Source of the DNA: Ostrea edulis
Taxonomy: Eukaryota
Direction of reading: 5' to 3'
DNA: 64,000 nucleotides
NCBI RefSeq assembly: GCF_947568905.1
Contig: NC_079172.1
Location: forward strand, 70,618,001 to 70,682,000
Both the position numbers and the translations under genes were made by a program. The notes beneath the pieces were generated by a model, which was not told the origin of the DNA, searched no databases, and saw only the letters and a program-made list of their open reading frames with translations. Positions 26,665 through 38,849 of the stretch are shown here, piece by piece. Every line of letters starts with the position of its first letter. Within the stretch, counting starts at the first letter, position 1.

Positions 26665-27289
26665 TTTTTGTTATTTGTCAATCACACTTAACAATCCAGG
26701 AAGTTTGATGAAATTTAAAGATTCTAAAGTTTTAGGAAAATAAATGAGCAGACTTTACCATTCGTAGGAGCTAGAAGCATTGAAAGGTGATTGAACCGTG
26801 GTACTAATCTTAGAGATGTATCTTTCTATTCTAAAACAACCGGAACTATCCTCCGTGGACTGATATGCCCCCCCCCCCTTCCTGCACCCTACCCGTACAA
26901 TGTGTACAATGGACTGGGTCATACATCAAGGTAGTGGATGACAGTCATATATACACTCGTACTGTGAATCAAAGTAAAGAGGAAATCACTCATAATCAAA
27001 CACAATTTTCCTACACTGTATATCAGAATGTGACATTCATCATTTACAAGGTCAAAAGCCTGACTAAAGTCAAGAAAACCGGTGCCAACAAGTTTCCCCT
27101 TTGTCCATTTCATGTAACCAGTGACCTGTAATTTTCGCGAAAGCTGTTTGGCAATAAAGAGATCGTATGTATACCGCTACATGTTTTTCTAAATGTTTTG
27201 ATATTGGTAAAATAGAAATGGGTCTATAATCATTGGGATCTAATCTCGACGTTCAGATACAAGTCAACGATGTTCTCTTTATTAACAAT

Positions 27290-28115
27290 ATTCACTTTCA
27301 TTCTTGCGTCCATTTGTTACATCCCATTGAACTCATAATAAGACAGCACAGTCTTCTATACCTGCTTCATATTTGAGAGGATGTTCTGCGTATGATCAAT
27401 TTTTAAATCGAGGGAGGCTACTAACAAGTAAGTTGATGTTACAGGGTTTTCAACAGTCTTGTTTACAGTAAGAATTTCTCAAATTTTATATTATCATAGT
27501 TTACAAACACAATCTGTCATTAAATCGAATGCTGTCTGACGTGTTTCAAGCCAATTTTTAGATCGTTCACTGCATACTGATTTTGACTACGGATTACTCT
27601 GTTTACCTGATCAAGGTATAGGGCTTACGTCAGTTGTGGAAGTCAATAGATGCTTACTCCTCATAGGCACCTGATCACACCTCTGATATATCCAGGGGTC
27701 CCTGTTTGTCTGACCACACCTCTGATATATCCAGGGGTCCCTGTTTGTCTGACCACACTTCTGATATATCCAGGGGTTCCTGTTTGTCTGACCACACTTC
27801 TGATATATCCAGGGGTCCCTGTTTGTCTGAACACACTTCTGATATATCCAGGGGTCGCTGTTTGTCTGACCACACTTCTGATATATCCAGGGGTTCCTGT
27901 TTGTCTGACCACACTTCTGATATATCCAGGGGTTCCTGTTTGTCTGACCACACTTCTGATATATCCAGGGGTCCCTGTTTGTCTGACCACACTTCTGATA
28001 TATCCAGGGGTCCCTGTTTGTCTGACCACACTTCTGATATATCCAGGGGTTCCTGTTTGTCCTACTCTCAATTTGGTACTCTTTATAGGATTTGTGAGAC
28101 TGATCACTGTTCTTT
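27290..28115 (+). mobile_element. Penelope-like fragment whose terminal module carries a 39-bp tandem amplification (~10 copies, 27670-28060)
   Basis: RT-derived remnant (tatgatcaatttttaaatcg...) followed by the terminal module, in which tccaggggtccctgtttgtctgaccacacttctgatata is repeated. Confidence 0.8.
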
Positions 28116-28311
28116 ATCTGCACGTTGTCATATGTTTATTGAGAAAAAGCCCTAGAAAAGAAAGTTGTTGCACTACTCGAGTCACCGTCTGTAAATAAAG
28201 AATTATTGTCAGTAGTAGTGTTAATTTCATATGAAAAAGGAAATTATTTAAAACACAGAAAATGTATCCTAGTATAATGTGTTTTAGTTCGTTATTATTG
28301 ATTTTTTTAAG

Positions 28312-28400
28312 GAGGCGACCTTACGTAATGCTGGGAGGCGCATGTCAAAATGATCACAAGACATTTGAAGAATATTACGGTATGTTATATGACGTTGTTC
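28312..28400 (+). pseudogene. Degenerate defensin-like exon of PGRP gene 1 (5' part)
   Basis: After the AG at 28310-28311: GA GGC GA CCT TAC GTA ATG CTG GGA GGC GCA TGT CAA AAT GAT CAC (PYVMLGGACQNDH), matching PCHNIGGACQDDH at 35648. It has an apparent 4-nt deletion and Cys1 changed to Tyr, and runs into the 32-bp array. Confidence 0.65.
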
Positions 28401-30343
28401 TGGATTTTATATCACAGGACATCATTCTGGATTTTATAGTATGACACAGGACGCTGTTCTGGATTTTATAGTATGACACAGGACGCTGTTCTGGATTTTA
28501 TAGTATGTCACAGGACGTTGTTCTGGATTTTATAGTATGACACAGGACGCTGTTCTGGATTTTATAGTATGACACAGGACGCTGTTCTGGATTTTATAGT
28601 ATGACACAGGACGTTGTTCTGGATTTTATAGTATGTCACAGGACGTTGTTCTGGATTTTATAGTATGACAGAGGACGTTGTTCTGGATTTTATAGTATGA
28701 CACAGGACGCTGTTCTGGATTTTATAGTATGACAGAGGATGTTGTTCTGGATTTTATAGTATGACACAGGACGCTGTTCTAGATTTTATAGTATGACACA
28801 GGACGTTGTTCTGGATTTTATAGTATGACACAGGACGTTGTTCTGGATTTTATTGTATGTCACGAGGACGTTGTTCTGGATTTTATAGTATGACACGAGG
28901 ACGTTGTTCTGGATTTTATAGTATGTCACGAGGACGTTGTTCTGGATTTTATTGTATGTCACGAGGACGTTGTTCTGGATTTTATAGTATGCCACAGGAC
29001 GTTGTTCTGGATTTTATAGTATGACACAGGACGCTGTTCTGGATTTTATAGTATGACACAGGACGCTGTTCTGGATTTTATAGTATGACACAGGACGTTG
29101 TTCTGGATTTTATAGTTTGTCACAGGACGTTGTTCTGGATTTTATAGTTTGTCACAGGACGTTGTTCTGGATTTTATTGTGTGACACATGACGTTGTTCT
29201 GGATTTTATAGTTTGTCACAGGACATTGTTCTGGATTTTATTGTATGTCACGAGGACGTTGTTCTGGATTTTATTGTGTGACACAGGACATTGTTCTGGA
29301 TTTTATAGTATGATACAGGACGTTGTTCTGGATTTTATAGTATGACACAGGACGTTGTTGTGGATTTTATAGTATGATACAGGACGTTGTTCTGGATTTT
29401 ATAGTATGTCACAGGACATTGTTATGGATTTTATAGTATGATACAGGACGTTGTTCTGGATTTTATAGTATGATACAGGACGTTGTTCTGGATTTTATTG
29501 TATGTCACGAGGACGTTGTTCTGGATTTTATAGTATGACATAGGACGCTGTTCTGGATTTTATTGTATGACACAGGACGTTATTCTGGATTTTATAGTAT
29601 GTCACGGGACATTGTTATGGATTTTATAGTATGATACAGGACGTTGTTCTGGATTTTATAGTATGATACAGGACGTTGTTCTGGATTTTATTGTATGTCA
29701 CGAGGACGTTGTTCTGGATTTTATAGTATGACACAGGACGCTGTTCTGGATTTTATTGTATAACACAGGACGTTATTCTGGATTTTATAGTTTGTCATTA
29801 GGACGTGGTTTTGGATTTTATAGTATGACACAGGACGCTGTTCTGGATTTTATAGTATGACACAGGACGTTGTTCTGGATTTTATAGTGTGACACAGGAC
29901 GTTGTTCTGGATTTTATTGTATGACACAGGACGTTGTTCTGGATTTTATAGTATGATACAGGACGTTGTTCTGGATTTTATAGTTTGTCATTAGGACGTG
30001 GTTTTGGATTTTATAGAATGACACAGGACGTTGTTCTGGATTTTATAGTATGTCACGGGGACGTTGTTCTGGATTTCATAGTATGTCATTAGGACGTGGT
30101 TTTGGATTTTATTGTATGACACAGGACGTTATTCTGGATTTCATAGTATGTCATTAGGACGTTGTTCTGGATTTTATAGTATGTCACGAGGACGTTGTTC
30201 TGGATTTTATTGTATGACACAGGACTTTATTCTGGATTTCATAGTATGTCATTAGGACGCTGTTCGGGATTTTATTGTATGACACAGGACGTTATTCTGG
30301 ATTTCATAGTATGTCATTAGGACGTGGTTTTGGATTTTATAGT
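28388..30343 (+). repeat. 32(-33)-bp minisatellite, ~60 copies
   Basis: Unit tatg(a/t)cacaggacgttgttctggattttatag, period 32 (28443 to 28475). Confidence 0.95.
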
Positions 30344-31000
30344 TTAACACATGGCATTGTTCTGTATGTTTTAAAGGAACATGAGCTATCAACTAGGATG
30401 TTGAAACTTTTTAATTCTGAATCCTGATTTAAAATGCTGAAATGAGTAAAAAAAAGAACAAATATAAATCTGAGAGTGAGAAAAAAGCGACCTCCACTAG
30501 AATTTAGTAACCGGGGGCGGATGCAGGAATAGCGGTTAGGCGGGACGCAACTTAATGAGGCAGGGGGTCTGGGGGCCGCCTTGAGGTGAAGCCCCGAAAG
30601 CTCCTGGATTTTACAGATTTTTTATGTATCCTGTGTAGTCATTTTTACTATTTTCTGTCATTTTTAATAAGATAAAATTAATAAAATGACGCAAATTTTA
30701 AGGGTTTTTGGAAAAACATATGTTCTCCCAATGAAGAAATTATTGTTTCTCTAATCGTAAACACTTTTTAAACAAGAGAGCACAATTTACCTTGAATTTG
30801 AAAATTTTAGGGAGTTAACATATAAAATTTATCCACAATGATTTTCTTCCATACAATAATGCTTCAGCCATTGTTTCTATATAAATAAAAGAAATTCTTA
30901 TCTCAAAATTACAACGAAGTTGGCGAGATATATGAATTTTAACATATTAATGGTGATTCTTATGCTGCAAACTGTTTTAGTTATTTTGCTAACAATTGGT

Positions 31001-31160
31001 AAATACGGCATCTAACGCCCCTCTAAATACGGCATCTAACGCCCCTAAATACGGCATCTAACGCCCCTAAATACGGCATCTAACGCCCCTAAATACGGCA
31101 TCTAACGCCCCTAAATACGGCATCTAACGCGCCTAAATACGGCATCTAACGCCCCTCTAA
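31001..31160. repeat. 22-bp tandem repeat, ~7 copies, at the end of a GC-rich dispersed element starting ~30511
   Basis: Unit aaatacggcatctaacgcccct, period 22. Confidence 0.85.
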
Positions 31161-31234
31161 GCAATACAAACCCTGTACCTTTGAAAATCTATCAGTTTGG
31201 GATATACGTTACGTAAACTCGTTAAATATTTCAG

Positions 31235-32061
31235 ACTTAGGCGGTGGCGTGAAAATTTATTCTCGCAAAAGTTGGGAAGCTAGGGCACCAAAGCAGTTTC
31301 AGAGTTTTCAGAAGCCAGCCAGCTTCTTTTTCATCCATCACACTGATGGCAGCTTGTGCTATGAATTCCACTCCTGCGTCACCACGTTAAAAGAGATACA
31401 ACATTTTCACATGGATACGAGAGGTATTGAATGCATTGACACATGATATTGTTATAGTGATATTGATTGTCAAGGTTGTTTTTAAAAGATGAGTCGGCAT
31501 GATAAAAAAAAAAAACCTTACTACCACAGCCTGGGTCAAAATTTGTGGCACTTCACCTACAACTGGTGACGCCCCCTTATGAATGAAATACTCTCAAATG
31601 GGATGTACAAGAACCAATAGCACAAATTGTATAAATATGCAGTAAATCCTGATTTTAATTTTATTTACATGTATGTTGATTCTCATGCAATAAGATCACT
31701 ATCTTCAGGATGGGATGACATTGGATACAGTTTCCTAGTTGGACAGGACGGCAATATTTATGAGGGGCGTGGCTGGGATCACGTTGGTGCGCACACTTTG
31801 CATTATAACACAAGTGGATACGCAGCCTCCTTTATGGGAAATTTCATGACACACCCACCAAATGATGCATCGCTTACTGCGGTTAAGAAGTTAATAGACT
31901 ACGGAATCAGCCAGGGATATATTGCCGCTACATATAAGCTGTATGGACACCGTGACGTGGGAAACACAGCATGCCCAGGCGATGCTCTGTATCCAATCAT
32001 TCAAACGTGGCCACACTACACTCACACCAAACCCGAGAACAGTCTATTAAAGCTAACGTGA
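31235..32061 (+). CDS. PGRP: Peptidoglycan recognition protein 1, PGRP/amidase exons 31235-31423 and 31709-32061 (5' exons not located)
   Basis: Phase-1 GT-AG junctions. KIYSRKSWEARAP...FIHHT...HMDTRG|WDDIGYSFLVGQDGNIYEGRGW...GAHT...GHRDVGNTACPG. The Zn/amidase residues (H, Y, H, C) are present. Confidence 0.9.
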
Positions 32062-32299
32062 ATTATTCCGTACAGTGTTTGACTTTCTGTTCGCGTTACA
32101 TTGTTAGTCATGTGGCAAGAAAATGCGTATTACAGATTTTATTAAATATGTTTCGTCTGTTGATGCAAGTATTCTCCTGTATAGATAATTTCAAAATCGC
32201 TTCTTAAACATTTTACATTATAATCCGAGAGTTAGAATACCGAATAACCCGTGACCTAGTTGGCATATTCCTTTTCTATATTTTCAAAGAGCGATATGC

Positions 32300-33200
32300 A
32301 AAAGGTGAAGATAACAAACAATGATTAATCTCGTAACTCCTATAAAGGATAAAACTTGAGAGTTGGGCAAACACAGACCCCTGAATATACCAGGTGGGAT
32401 CAGGTGCCTAGGATCCACAGTTGATCGATAAAACCTGCTGTGACCTTTATATTGATCATGTAAATGGAGTTATTCGGAGTCAAAATCAGGAAGTAAAGAA
32501 CACATTATAAAGGTGCGATTCGCACCAGGCAGCACTCGACTGAATGACGTGTTGTATTTTCAAATAAGATCATTATAACTACCATATGATTTGCGAAATG
32601 CTGACTTTAAATTCAATATCCTGTAGCATAATCTTATTTTTCAGGAGCCTGTCTCGGTTTAAAACTTGATAGTGCGCAGAACATGCTCTGGTGTATTGAA
32701 TCAGTAGAGAGACATAATTATATGATAATGGAATACAATGTTTTGCTTTATATAAATCCGGGAAGTTGACGATGGAGAAGCTGAACTCATCCCTTTTGTC
32801 ATAAAATTTTATCGCATGGCGTTAATATCTATGTTCAATAAAACATCCGAATATGAAGCAGATGCGGAAGACTATGGCACCTTTTATTTTGAGTTCACTG
32901 GGATATATCGAATCGAAATATGAATAAAAATGATTATTATTGATAGATATAACGTCGTCAATGTATTTAAATGTCGCGTTGAAAACAGCAAGAGCTTTCT
33001 TTTTCTCATAGTAGAAGCTTTTGAATAAATTCTGCCGCACAAGAATACAAAATCAGGTCAGCTAGTAACGAAACACAATTTGTGCCTATGGGAATTCCAA
33101 CATACTTTTGGGATCTCGAAAGACTACCCAGGTATTGCCAATGAGGAACCACAACAGATTTTAAATATAAACTACAAAGTACTTGCGCGAGAATCATAAT
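32300..33200 (-). mobile_element. Penelope-like RT fragment plus terminal module
   Basis: Minus-strand GIPIGTNCVSLLADLILYSCAAEFIQKLL and NATFKYIDDVISINN...YPSELKIK. Confidence 0.75.
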
Positions 33201-33574
33201 GGTGTCTCACGAAGTAATTTCTGGGACAAGATTTCCGAGGTACACTTTTCTTGTTTGCAAAGTACTTAAGAGTAATTAATCTTTATACTGTTTATTTTAA
33301 AAGTTCTTTAGATTTGTTAAGAATTCATATTTGACTGGCGCATATGTTATGACACAATACGTCAGAAGTGTCTCCTTCAGCGCAGTTAACATTTTCGTGA
33401 GGGTTTGGTAGAACATTTAATGGATCTTGAGAAGTATCTTTCCTTGCAAGGGTTTTTATGGAGGGTTGGAATCCAGTATAATTACGGTAATTCAAATTCT
33501 TTTGTCCCATTGGCTGAGATACTAAGTATGTTTAAAACTGAAACGTGATTTTGAAGAATTTCGTATTTTGAAGT

Positions 33575-33715
33575 CAAGCGCCCAGTATTAGACCTGAGAG
33601 TCAAGCGCCCGGTATTGGAAATGAGAGTCAAGTGCCCGGTATTGGAAATGAGAGTTAAGCGCCCGGGTATTAGAAGTGATATTCCAACGCCCGACATTAG
33701 AGGAGAGAGTCAAGC
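33575..33715. repeat. 27-bp tandem repeat (paralogous array at 51010-51245)
   Basis: Unit aagcgcccggtatt-gaaatgagagtc. Confidence 0.8.
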
Positions 33716-34564
33716 GTGTTTTGAATATGACATTTTAAATGGAGACCCCGTGTCACTGTAGCCGTTGGCGTAATACTGAAGCCTCACTACTACGGCCCTG
33801 AGGGCCATTCACAAGTCAAAATTTGTGGCACTTTACCTAAAGCTGCTGACATATGTGCATGAGTCAAAACTAATCGAATTAGACACAAAACAATATGTAA
33901 AGAGGTTTCTCTAATTCTTGTTTCTGATTTGTAAAGCGTATCACCGGCACTGAAAAACTTGATTTAATTTTCTACCTTTATTGTATTGTTGAAAGATAAG
34001 GTAAAGCCACGAATTAACACAATACATAATGTTCTCAAATACATACAGAAAAAAAAGAAAAAAGAAAAATGGTACCAAAAATATCTACATATTTATCAAA
34101 ATTTTAGGAATATGATTTTTTTTTACACAAACATTTAATTATGATGTCATTCATAAGGGTCAGTTACATTTCCCTCAAAACAACATGCATGAGAACGTAG
34201 AATGTGTATACAATGCTTATACCATCAGAATATTCTGTGGTTAAAATAAGATCACATGATAGGGCCAAATTATCACCATGGTATTCATAGTCACGTGGAC
34301 ACATATATGTACCGATCTAAGCTAAATGAAGCTGTGAAGAAGCAACATTAAGGTACACACATCCCTATGTTCTGTCTGGTCAACATTAAGTTACACGAAT
34401 CCCTATGTTCTGTCTGGTCAACATGTACACCTGTAGCCACAGTGTATAAATGGTTCAACTACTTTTGTATCACTCCTGGTGGAAAAGCTGATTTACAAAT
34501 ACTACATGATAAAATTAAGTTTTTTTTCACAGCAGACACAGGGTCTAATTTGTTGTTATCTTGC

Positions 34565-34850
34565 GCCTGGTGGGAGTACCTCTGGTGGGAGTACCTCTGG
34601 CGGGAGTACCTCTGGTGGGAGTACCTCTGGTGGGAGTACCTCTGGCGGGAGTACCTCTGGTGGAAGTACCTCTGGTGGGAGTACCTCTGGCGGGAGTACC
34701 TCTGGTGGAAGTACCTCTGGTGGGAGTACCTCTGGTGGAAGTACCTCTGGCGGGAGTACCTCTGGTGGGAGTACTTCTGCTGGGAGTACCTCTGGTGGGA
34801 GTACCTCTGGAGTATGGATAACCTGGCGGGAGTACCTCTGGATTAAGGAT
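34565..34850. repeat. 15-bp tandem repeat (ggtgggagtacctct), ~19 copies
   Basis: Seen directly. One frame reads (GGSTS)n. Confidence 0.9.
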
Positions 34851-35360
34851 TACATTCTAAAGAAAATAAACAAAACTTCATTATTTCTCATCTAAAAGTA
34901 TTAAATTTCCTGAATAATGAAATACATACAGGCGACACCAGCGTTTTTGTATCAATGGTACTCGTATTTTACAAGGGTTATTTACATGTACGAATGTAGT
35001 GAATGTAGTATTTCAATATTCCAATGTGAATAATCATGTTCAGTACTTGCTAAATTATTATACTCAAGTACGGCTTTAATTTTTTATTAAATCTATAAAA
35101 TATAATTGCATATTTTATTATAATTGATTTTATAATAAAAGCATCATGATAGAATAAAATTTTGCTGTATTTTTGTATCATATACAATTACATGTACATG
35201 TATTATGCAATTTACCAAATTGTTCAGCAAAGGTACCACAATATGTATTTTCCCACTCAGATCACAAGATATACGTCTTATCTTCATAAACCTGTAGTAA
35301 CGTCGGTGATATATTTATGTGGGGACATGTTATTGATAAGACTTTATGTGCAGGACAACA

Positions 35361-35433
35361 ATGCTTGTCAACGCGATTTTTTCGGTTATTTCAGTTTTAC
35401 CATATGTAACTGGTAAGTACATGCCTTGATTAT

Positions 35434-35476
<43 letters not shown>

Positions 35477-36494
35477 CTAGAGCTCTATGTCCTGTCATAA
35501 ATATATTATAATAGTACTGCTTTTTCAATATTGGTGTATATATCACAAAAGCGAGAAAATAAAATTTTCTTGAAAGAAAAACTATCTACACCTGTAGAAT
35601 TCGTTAGAGCAATACATAAATGAAAATACTTAATATGTACTTTGCAGGAAGTGACGCACCTTGTCACAATATCGGTGGCGCATGTCAAGATGACCACCTG
35701 CATTGTACAGGAAGTTACGTAACTGGATTGTGTTCAGGAGATACCCATCGTCGATGTTGCACACCAAGTAATGAATATGCAATGTTTTTAAAATCAGAAT
35801 CTGTTAAAATAGCGTGTAAGGGCTAGTTCAGCTTAGTAACAAATGTTAAAATACACAGATTTCATACATTTTAGCCATCGACATCGGAGGTTGCAGTGAT
35901 GTAAAGATTTACTCTCGTGATAGCTGGGGGGCTCGACCTCCAAAATCCTTTACAACGTTTCATACTCCGGCCAGACTATTCTTTATTCACCATACCGCAG
36001 GGCATGGGTGTCATGACTTCAACAGCTGTGCACAGACTCTAAGAGGAATTCAAAACTATCATATGGACACGAGAGGTTGATATAACACCTGTCTGGTAGA
36101 TGTTTCTGAAATCTTCTGGGATTTCTACTCTTAAAGTTCTGCTATTATATTAAATGTCTTTACAGGCTGGAGTGATATCGGGTATAGCTTTTTGGTTGGT
36201 CAGGACGGCAATATTTACGAGGGCCGTGGCTGGCATCACGTGGGTGCGCACACGCAGGGATATAACAGCAGAGGATTCGCCGCCTCATTCATGGGAAACT
36301 ACATGACTCATTTACCGAACGCAGCATCTCTTAATGCGGTAAAACGCCTGATCGAATGTGGTATTCAGAAAGGATTCATCGCCCATGATTACCATCTTTA
36401 TGGACATCGTGACGTAGGTAGCACGGAGTGCCCCGGGGACCTTCTGTATCAGGAGATTCAGTCCTGGCCCCACTACAGTCATACACACCCATAG
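35361..36494 (+). CDS. PGRP: PGRP gene 2: signal peptide + one defensin-like domain + PGRP amidase (exons 35361-35412, 35648-35767, 35875-36075, 36166-36494; 233 aa)
   Basis: All introns are GT-AG, phase 1, and the total of 702 nt is open. MLVNAIFSVISVLPYVTG / SDAPCHNIGGACQDDHLHCTGSYVTGLCSGDTHRRCC / ...FIHHT...IGYSF...GHRDVGSTECPG. Confidence 0.9.
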
Positions 36495-36881
36495 AGGGAA
36501 TAAATAATGACAAAAATTATTACTTTTCTGTTTTGTGTAAAGGAGGTGTATTGATTAAGTTTTCCCAAGGCGATAAATACTGCAGATATATCTTTTTAGA
36601 AATAGCACACTATCATATAATTCTGTGTGTATGAAATGTGAAGATAACGAACAGTGATAAATCTCACAACTCCTGTAAGCAATACAAAATAGATAGCTGG
36701 GCAAAACACGGACCCCTGGATATACAGAGGTGTATGTATTATCATACTAAATTTATTTTGCGTGTATTACAAAATGAAAGCGATGCGAGAAAAGACTGGT
36801 ATTTTGTACAGTGCAGAGAAGGCGACCTTATATCGAGATAAATTTTGACGGGAAGGATACTCGGTGATTTTTCTGGTCAAC

Positions 36882-37251
36882 ATTCTGTATTGCACCATGT
36901 TTATTGTACTGATTAGAGTGCTAGTTCTATACTTCCAGCTTCAGGTATATATCGATATATATTTTCTACTTTTTCATGCAATATTTCATCTGAAACTTTT
37001 ATTTCTGAATCTCGGATAAACATAATACAAAATATTGAAGTTTTTCCTCCAAAGTTATTGTGATCTTCCATGTACTGTGTACTACACCCGTGTCGTTTCT
37101 ATTTATATCTACAGGAAGTGACGCACCTTGTCTCAATATCGGTGGTACCTGTCGAGATGACAATCTATATTGTTCCGGAATTTACGTATCGGGGTTATGT
37201 TCCGGGGGAGCCAATAGACGATGTTGTTCAGGTATCATAAGGACTTTATGA
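36882..37251 (+). pseudogene. Orphan signal-peptide exon (damaged) + intact defensin-like exon 37115-37231 (unit A)
   Basis: Copy of the 45329 signal exon with the first ATG changed to ATT and a 1-nt deletion before the donor at 36945. The defensin exon reads SDAPCLNIGGTCRDDNLYCSGIYVSGLCSGGANRRCCS. No adjacent PGRP exons. Confidence 0.7.
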
Positions 37252-37520
37252 TATTGTTATTCAGTGCACCATATTTACCGCATGGTTTTGTGTACATTCA
37301 GTAGTTTAAATAACGCCTGCTTTTGGTGAATTTCACACAGCTTCTTCGTTTTTCTTCTTTGCTGGCGTTGGTGCTAGGAAAATTACTCCGTGGCTAATAT
37401 TTGGATATCCATTTTGACAGGCATGTTTATCAATCAATCTTGCCTACGCGGGTTTTTCCGTAACTGAAATAAATCGACGCCTTCATAGGCTGTTGCTACG
37501 TGCACAAAAATAGAAATATA

Positions 37521-37856
37521 TGATTGATTGATTGATTGTATCTTGTTTAACGTCCCTCTCAAAAATTTCTCACTCATATGGAGACGTCACCAAGACTGGT
37601 AAAGGGATTAAAATTTAGCCCTATGCTCGGCGCTTACGGTCGTTGAACAGGTAGGGATCTTTAGCGTGCCACACCTCCTGTGACATCGTTTTTAAAGTCA
37701 TCTCCGAGGACCTGTGACATTCACACCTGTTGCCGAGCGTTTGGTGATGGAACTGTCACTTTCCGTTTTAACGACATAGGTCTGTCGCGACCAGGATTCG
37801 AACCCCGACCTTCTGCATGCGGGGCGAACGCTCTACCTCTAGACCATTGCGGCGGT
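37521..37856 (-). mobile_element. tRNA-derived SINE
   Basis: The minus strand begins with a tRNA-like head (A-box-like tggtctagaggtagagcg, B-box ggttcgaatcc) and ends in an (aatc)n tail. Absent from the paralogous position at ~45960. Confidence 0.8.
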
Positions 37857-38849
37857 AACTATATCTATGACGTCATATCCATACCTTACGATATGAAACA
37901 CGAGCTTTGGCGGTGAAAACAAATGCAGCTGAGATAACATTTCTAGCTAAGTTACTCTACCACTATCAATCTCCACGTTGTATGCTATTTACTACATGTA
38001 GAGTAAGACTTTAATTAACCAAAAGTTGAAGTTTTATGAAAATTAAGCATACAGGGTTCGTTTTTAGCCTTTTAATCTCATCCACATGCGCACATCCAGC
38101 GAATAATTGCATCAATTCAATGCAATCTTTACACTCGATCCACGTCCGAGTTTTCTTTTCAGCTTCTCTGCTCTTGTCAAGAGTAATGGGGGTGTGTATG
38201 AAATTTTGGAAGAAATGCAAAGGTGTAATGAATCCGAGACAGTTTGGGGACAAGGAACAGTCCATCGGACGGCGACAGTATACTTGCTGTTCTCTCGAGC
38301 GAGGTTAATACATTCACAGTATACTGCATGTTCAGCTGTTGAGATAGAGATATTTATATATCCATAAAGTTATATTTTGAATTGAAAAAAAATATATATA
38401 CACCCCATTATCATGCAATATGTCGTTTGTAATACTTGTATTTCGAAATCGTTTTCCAAGTTAAGAAAAAGTAATGTGAATAAAAACATTTAGACTTGAA
38501 ATGCAGCAAAGTCACATATGGTGTGGTAATTTGAATGTCTGTTGAAGCGTTTGAAGAAGTTTTTACTTTGGTATGTGACTGTACCTTAAGAAATTCCCAT
38601 TAGACTTTGTAGTAAGTGTTTCCTCCTCTGAGACAGCCGCCACCACGCAGTATATAATGTATTTACATAAAAAACAAACATCAGATCTGGGGAAGGCGAT
38701 TTTAATGTAAGGAAGGCATAACTTGTTGACAGCCCCGCCCTTCTCTCATATTTGCTCTATGGGTGTAGTCGGAATGTCTTACAATATGACCTACCAACCC
38801 ACGGATCCAGGAACCGATGAGATAGGAAATTGCGGGGGTCGGACATTCA

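Noticed and set aside
24792-26681. 629-aa minus-strand ORF as a protein-coding gene
   Set aside because: It consists entirely of the 84-bp tandem unit, with no unique domain, signal peptide or splice context. It is open only because one frame of the unit lacks a stop.
27611-28198. Five overlapping repetitive ORFs on both strands
   Set aside because: All derive from the 39-bp amplification within a retroelement terminal module.
24817-30343. CRISPR-like interpretation of the regular arrays
   Set aside because: Units are head-to-tail with no unique spacers, no cas genes are present, and the DNA is eukaryotic.
37800-37856. tRNA gene (also ~62950-63012)
   Set aside because: The tRNA-like head continues into a shared SINE body and microsatellite tail, and one copy has a TSD. 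These are SINEs, not tRNA genes.
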